NCBI RefSeq assembly: GCF_009914755.1
Contig: NC_060942.1
Source of the DNA: the human T2T-CHM13v2.0 reference genome, Homo sapiens
Reading direction: 5' to 3' (one strand)
DNA: 64,000 nt
This document shows, one piece after another, positions 61,615 to 64,000 of the stretch. The translations under genes were made by a program, and so were the position numbers. The notes under the pieces were generated by a model, which was not told where the DNA came from, searched no databases, and saw nothing but the letters and a program-made list of their open reading frames with translations. Within the stretch, counting starts at the first letter, position 1, and each line of letters begins with the position of its first letter.

Positions 61615-64000
61615 TAAGGAAATTGAGACCACAGGCTGGCTCGATATGCCTGGATTTGGATGTGAGCATCCATGTCCTTAATTCACCTTTCCCTTTTACC
61701 CACGTAGCCTGGGCACTTTCACATGGTTGCTGGACAACTGAGACTTTGTAAGGATGTTGGGTCAACTTTGGAGTAAAGTGCATTATCCAATGCAAAACAA
61801 ACTATACTTTGAATTTTCAAAGTTTTTCTAAAGGCATTGTCATGGAGGCTTTTAAAAACCAGTTAAAATTACACAGTTAACTCTGAGAGGCACTGACAGG
61901 TGCAATTACTCCCAATGATAAAAAGAGAAGAAATAAAATGCCCGGAAGAGTCAAAACAAAATAGTGGCCTATGTAGGTATGTGACTAGGGCACCATGGGG
62001 CTGCCTCAAAGCTTGAACTTGTGGCAAGAAGAACAAGTGAGTTGATACCCGGTGGGATGAAGGAAGGTTCTTCCCCTGGCCTTCGCCTACCTGCAGGCCA
62101 TTTGCTGCTTGATCTCCAAGTGGCTCCTTCTCTGAACACCAGTTAGTTTTTTGAAGCACATTTGCACCTCAGGATAAATGTCGTGGCAGCAGGCCTGTGT
62201 GCCCTAGGAAGGTTGATGCAGCCTGTGAGCGGGGTGGAGGTAGAAGGAAGATGAAAAGCTGGGGCAACTATGCCAGAGACACACTCACGCTCTGCCCCAG
62301 TGAGCCCAAGGGGCAAGAAATGACTGGCTGAACAGACGACTGATTGAAAGAGCAAAAGTACCTCCATGCCAAGTCCCTGCACTGTTGGTGGCCTGGTTGC
62401 GTGTGCGCCAGAGGCAGCTGTGATATGGGCAAGCAGAGCACCCTAGAGCAAGAGCCTCCTCCCCCACAAGTCCTTGGGCAAGTCACTTAACCTTCGCACA
62501 CCTCCATCTTCTCCTGGGTTAGTGCCTCACACTGCCCGTCCTCGGGAAGAAGTGGACCCAACCACACGAGGGATGGAAGTGCCAACAGGAGGGTGCTGCA
62601 GCTACTCGGGCAAGCCACTCCTCCCATGCTTCCTCCAAGGAAGCTTCTCTCTTCTCTTTTGGGTGGGAGTGATTCTGTTGAATAATAAAATCGAGAACCG
62701 AAGCATTAGAAGGACCCGGGACATGTACTTTCATCCTTGGAACAGTGATAGAACAGAAGTAGTCATGCGGGCTCCTGGGAGATGTGAGGTCTGTCCCAGC
62801 AGGGAGCAGCCACATCAAAGAAGGAAGCAGGCAGAGCTTCCAGCAAACAGAGCTCCCTGACTGGGCCTCTTTCCTTCTGTCCACTCAGAAACCATTAGAG
62901 TCCAGCCTGATTGCACAAATGGATCTAGACAGCCCCAGGAGGAGCCATCCCGACACAATGCTGCCACAAGTCTGAATAATGCACACATTCACCCTTATGT
63001 ACCCACAGGAGGTCTTCTGGATTTTTATAGCTTGCAGATAAAGATCCAACAACATCTGGATTTTCTCAGATGTGAGAAGCTGGTCATAGATTGGTGTCAT
63101 TTAGAAGACAAAACATGAGATTGATGTGTTTTAAAAGCACGCAGCGGATGCTGCACACAAGAAAGGCGTGGTTAATGAGCACTCCAGGCCTGCGTTTCAG
63201 CAGGGTGTGCCAAAGAATGATGCCTCATGAGGCCTCCTCCATCATCCTCCATGTAGCGCCTGTTGTGTGAGCTGATCCACCGAGCTCCCCACTAGGTGAA
63301 GCATGAGTTGTCGGAGGTCTGGGAGAAAGGAGCAGCTGTCTCTGCCGTGGCTGCTGCAGGGACACTGTGTAGGCTCTGTGCCCTGGTCTGCATCAGAGGC
63401 TGGGGCCTGGGGCGCCCCAGTGGGGACTTGCAGACGATAGCTTTAGCTGTTGAAAGGCTGCAGTGAAAACACCAGCTCTGGCAACTGATCCTGCTTTTCA
63501 ACATTGTCTGCAATGTTGTGTCTCATAAATATAATATACTAGCAGAGATATTGACAGTTGAGGGTGTTAACTTTCTTAGCCTGTGTGTTCATTCCAGACA
63601 GCACCAGAGATAATCAAACTGACTTCTTTGGTTTTCATCACATGAAACCATGGCTGTTTTGTTTTTCTGCTGAATGCCTGCTCCCAGCTGTAGCCCTGGC
63701 CCAGCCGCCTTCCTGGGAGAGGGCTGGGCAGGACAGAGCTGAGGGTGGGCAGGTGCAGCTGGGACTTCCCTCCCTCTGTTCTGCCCTATGCCCATCCTTA
63801 GTCCAAGGGCTGGGTATTGTTCTTTGGTGATTTTCTTATGTTTCCAGGTTGCCTTTTAGGGGAAGCTTGTTCATTCCCAGCCCTCACTGGCTGACCCACC
63901 TCAAAGACCAGGGCTGGCCAGCCCCTTCCGCAGCCTCAGAGCAGCTCTCTAGCCTCCAGGGGTTTGTCCTGTTGTAGGAGCAGGTTGCATCCTGTGCCTC

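Overview
Human or great-ape genomic DNA covering the 5' part of MTCL1 (SOGA2/KIAA0802; microtubule crosslinking factor 1) on the + strand. It contains a CpG-island promoter, a GC-rich first coding exon (2723-3775), two phase-0 coiled-coil exons (15487-15711, 17397-17555) and about 46 kb of a long intron that runs off the window. The rest is intronic and repeat-rich: about 26 Alus, plus L1, L2, MIR, MaLR/ERVL LTRs, Tigger/MER DNA transposons and a Y4 RNA pseudogene. Main observations: (1) two TSD-bounded L1 insertions with 3' transductions, one polyadenylated at a captured MLT1 LTR signal; (2) exons 2+3 would back-splice to a 384-nt circle with a stop-free, AUG-containing frame; (3) a 5'UTR (GCC)9 repeat inside a poly-Ala uORF overlapping the main ATG; (4) a candidate L2-derived internal promoter with a perfect CRE; (5) several short local duplications. 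Repeat subfamily calls and boundaries are by eye and approximate. No new multi-gene system was found.
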